This document shows positions 61,385-64,000 of a stretch of 64,000 bases of DNA, piece by piece. The notes beneath the pieces are model-generated. The model saw nothing but the letters and a program-made list of their open reading frames with translations, had not been told where the DNA came from and did no database searches. Made by a program: the position numbers and the translations under genes. The stretch spans positions 407,634 to 471,633 of the forward strand of contig CAWJRN010000018.1 of assembly GCA_963845265.1 (NCBI GenBank), given 5' to 3'. Numbering within the stretch: position 1 is the stretch's first letter; each line of letters begins with the position of its first letter. The stretch comes from an uncultured Gammaproteobacteria bacterium. Its GTDB lineage: Bacteria; Pseudomonadota; Gammaproteobacteria; Chromatiales; Chromatiaceae.

Positions 61385-62728
61385 TCAAGCGGGCGACCGG
61401 AATGTCACCTCGACGCTCAACCCCCCGCCGTTCTCGCCGTCCAGGAGTGAGATCTCGGCACCGTACAGCTCACAGATCCGCCGGACGATGGACAGTCCCA
61501 GCCCAGCGCCGGACACGGATTGCCCGTCTCGGCGGTAGAAGCGCTCCAGGACCCGCGCTCGGTCCGCCGCTGGGATACCGGGGCCGGAGTCAACCACTTG
61601 CAGTGCGACTCGCCCCACCCGAGTCATGGCCGAAATCCGTACCCGCCCACCCTCGGGCGTGTATTTGATCGCGTTCTCGAGCAAATTGGAGACCAGAACC
61701 CCCAAGGCCGAGGGGTCGATGACAACCTCGGGTAGGTCGCCCTCGGGTAGCGCATCGGTGACCGCGACCGACTTCAGGCGTGCGGCGGCCTGCTTATCCT
61801 CGACCGCTTGCGCCACCGCATCGGTCAAGGACGCGGTGCGGTTTAGCGATTCGGCGGCATCCGGGTCCAGTCGGGCTAACACCAGCAACTGAGAACAGAG
61901 GTGGGTCGCACGGTCCACACCCAAGATGAGTGCCTCCAATGCCTCGGCCCGCTCGGCCGCGTCCTTGCTGCGCTTTGCGATCTGGGCATGGACCCGGATC
62001 ACCGCGAGCGGTGTGCGGAGCTCATGGGACGCGTCCGAGGCAAAGCGCCGCTCGGCGGACAGTGCCTGATCGAGCCGCCCCATCAGACCGTTGAGCGCAT
62101 TGGTCAGCGGCAGGATCTCGGTGGGGACATTGGACTCGTCGATGGGCAGCAACCGCTCTGCCGAGCGCATGCCGATGGCGCCGGCCAGACGGCTCAGCGG
62201 CCGTAGGCCGTCCCTGACGGCAAACCAGATCAACAGCACCGTCAGCGGTAACGACCAGAGGATGGGCTGGAGGGCCTGGATGGTGAGGAATTCGATGAGC
62301 TCATGCCGGATTGCGTAGCTTTGAGCAACGAACAGCGCCCCATCGGGACGACTCGTGGCCAGACCGTAGACCCGCCACTTGGTTTCCCCGGCATCACGGT
62401 CGGAGAATCCAAACGTCACGGCCAGGGGTCCCGGCGGTGCACCGCCGAAGATGCTGATGAGCTCGCCCTCACGCCAGAGTTGGAAGCTAATCTTGCTCTC
62501 GTAGGGATGATCCAGAGGCGACAAGACCTGCGGCAAGCCCTCCAGGCCGGGCAAATTACCCGCCAGCGTAATCTGGCCCAGGACGCGGGCGGTCTGCGCC
62601 AGCTGCGCATCGAGCAGCTCGGCGACCTCATGGCTCGAGCGGTCGAGCGTGATCACGGCGACCGCGAGCCATACGGCCGTCCAGGACCCGAGCAAGAGGA
62701 GGAGCAGGCGGTGGTGGATCGAGCTCAC
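61385..62728 (-). CDS. Sensor histidine kinase (QseC/PmrB-like architecture)
   Basis: It has two TM segments bracketing a ~125-aa periplasmic domain. The H-box is ASHELRTPL, the N-box LLENAIKYT, and the G-boxes DSGPGIP and GAGLGLSIV. Confidence 0.9.
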   Translation of the reverse strand: MSSIHHRLLLLLLGSWTAVWLAVAVITLDRSSHEVAELLDAQLAQTARVLGQITLAGNLPGLEGLPQVLSPLDHPYESKISFQLWREGELISIFGGAPPGPLAVTFGFSDRDAGETKWRVYGLATSRPDGALFVAQSYAIRHELIEFLTIQALQPILWSLPLTVLLIWFAVRDGLRPLSRLAGAIGMRSAERLLPIDESNVPTEILPLTNALNGLMGRLDQALSAERRFASDASHELRTPLAVIRVHAQIAKRSKDAAERAEALEALILGVDRATHLCSQLLVLARLDPDAAESLNRTASLTDAVAQAVEDKQAAARLKSVAVTDALPEGDLPEVVIDPSALGVLVSNLLENAIKYTPEGGRVRISAMTRVGRVALQVVDSGPGIPAADRARVLERFYRRDGQSVSGAGLGLSIVRRICELYGAEISLLDGENGGGLSVEVTFRSPA

Positions 62729-63393
62729 GCACCCGGCCCCGATACCAGTCGGTAGCCGATACCCCGGACCGTTTGGATGCGGTCCTTGCCGAGCTTTCGG
62801 CGCAGGTTATGGATGTGGACCTCCATCGCGTTGCTCCCGACCTCATCCTCCCAGCCGTAACCGGAGGCCTGCAGCTGCGCGCGCGGCACAGCCTGGTCCG
62901 CGTTGCCGAGCAGGGTCTCCAGCAACGCGAACTCCCTGGGCGACAAGCACAGGGGCTGGTCCGCGAGCGTCACTTGATGACTCGCGGCGTCCAGGGCCAA
63001 GTCTCCAACCCGCAGCACCGCATGAGAATTGCCCTGGCTGCGCCGCCTGAGGGCGCGGATGCGAGCGCTGAGCTCGTCCAGATCACAGGGCTTGATTAGA
63101 TAGTCGTCCGCTCCCGCGTCGAGACCCGCAACCCGTTCCGCCACGGCATCTCGCGCCGTGAGGATCAGCACGGGCAGGCAGAACCCATCCCTGCGCAGAT
63201 CGCGCAGCAGGGCGAGCCCGTCGCGGCCGGGCAGACCGAGGTCCAGGACCATCAAATCGAAGTGCTCGAGGCGAAGCGCATGTTCCGCCGCGGCGGCGTC
63301 CTGCACCCAGTCCGCGGCGTAGCCGTCCTGACCAAGGCCCGTCTTCAACCCCGCCCCCAGGGACGCGTCGTCTTCAACGATAAGTATCCGCAT
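62725..63393 (-). CDS. OmpR-family response regulator
   Basis: The receiver domain reads MRILIVEDD...LMVLDLGLPGRDG...ADDYLIKP. The winged helix reads LSPREFALLETL...VRGIGYRL. Confidence 0.9.
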   Translation of the reverse strand: MRILIVEDDASLGAGLKTGLGQDGYAADWVQDAAAAEHALRLEHFDLMVLDLGLPGRDGLALLRDLRRDGFCLPVLILTARDAVAERVAGLDAGADDYLIKPCDLDELSARIRALRRRSQGNSHAVLRVGDLALDAASHQVTLADQPLCLSPREFALLETLLGNADQAVPRAQLQASGYGWEDEVGSNAMEVHIHNLRRKLGKDRIQTVRGIGYRLVSGPGA

Positions 63394-63451
63394 GGTGTCG
63401 GTTCAAGTTCTGTGGTGGTAATGGTTCAAGGACGGCGTGCGCATGGTTAGG

Positions 63452-64000
63452 TCAAGGACTTTCAATGTATCCACCATTTCTGACGTCGTGGCAAATGGTT
63501 ATCGGACCGTGCATCGCGTTTTCGCAAGCCTCCTTACGATCCCGGACCGTCGGATCTCCCGCATCTGATGTGTTGCGCCACACAAGGGCCGCGGCAAGAA
63601 ATGACTGTCCCATCTGAGGCTGAGGGACCACCCTTGTCAACCAGAATTCCAGTCCGGATTTACGTTCCAAACGCTTCTCGATTTCCCGCATCGCCTTCTT
63701 CGCGACCGAAATGCCGGCGTGGTTGACTTTCGTGGCTTTTCGTGCGGTAGGTTTGAGCCCTCTGTAGGTCATGCTGCGCGCCAGACCGAGGCCCTTACGC
63801 GTGCTGTCGATGATTTCGCCCCGCCAGTGGTTTTCCTGCACCCCCCCACAGTCTCTCTACCACCACGGTTGTTTAGCCTCTCCCTTTGTCCGGTTATATT
63901 GTCGACCCTAGAGCCGCGGTGATACGGACGTATGCCATCCGGAGATTTCACACTAATCCCCCCATTTCCAACCACAGGGTAGCTAGTATGAGCGAGAAGA
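63452..64000 (-). pseudogene. C-terminal part of a DDE transposase of the same (ISAzo13-like) family as 29146-29462, degraded, continuing beyond the window
   Basis: ...VVERLWGG / QENHWRGEIIDSTRKGLGLARSMTYRGLKPTARKATKVNHAGISVAKKAMREIEKRLERKSGLEFW parallels the recalled ...NPIERCWGILE.HWNG......MTWKG..P.V......GV.L.KK.M...E.RL.R...LP.W motif. There are stops and frameshifts around 63840-63960. Confidence 0.55.

Noticed and set aside
62560-62660. ExxE motif (HEVAE) at the start of the kinase periplasmic domain considered as evidence for PmrB-like Fe(III) sensing
   Set aside because: The segment is a generic feature of QseC/PmrB/BasS-type kinases, and a single ExxE motif is not diagnostic. It is mentioned only as a weak hint.

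Overview
The window is visibly GC-rich proteobacterial chromosome. Gene order looks gammaproteobacterial, possibly Chromatiales-like, though that taxon guess is weak. All family assignments rest on motifs read from the translations and on recalled family knowledge, because no searches could be run.

**Housekeeping backbone (about 1-30 kb).** This holds tldD (partial), a CN-hydrolase, rimO, a cysteine-less thioredoxin/TPR co-chaperone, fkpB-ispH-thiO, tRNA-Thr(CGU), an AlaA-type aminotransferase, dxs, gloB, trmO, an SLT transglycosylase, comF, a complete bioBFHCD operon with a BirA-type operator, an orphan Tat-TRAP binding protein, nadC, a DUF1631 protein and ampD.

**Sigma-E/ChrR module (about 30-41.6 kb).** It contains the ECF sigma factor, the ChrR anti-sigma factor and two target operons. 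Three near-identical TGATCC-N16-CGTA promoters sit in front of them. The targets encode a CFA-synthase-like methylase, DUF1365, an FAD oxidoreductase, an MFS transporter, a DUF3833 lipocalin, an SDR and an NTF2-like protein, a lipid-modification set.

**Small patch (41.6-43.8 kb).** It carries an FHA/HD-GYP fusion gene, a dead RIO kinase and an internally duplicated ORF.

**gabD and methylcitrate cluster (43.8-53 kb).** The cluster is GntR-prpB-prpC-acnD-prpF. It has been invaded by REP elements and a RAYT transposase and retains a roughly 20-codon prpD relic.

**Accessory right end (53-64 kb).** It contains a MITE, ferritin with a 29-aa Cys/Lys-rich peptide, and IS66 and ISAzo13-like transposase relics. 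The relics bracket the best candidate for something new. This is an OmpR/HK two-component system, a decayed tetrahaem cytochrome gene, a small secreted protein, and an intact 1073-aa decahaem cytochrome fused to PKD and FN3 domains.

**Caveat.** Four genes carry single-base frameshifts, so sequence quality needs checking before any is called a pseudogene.
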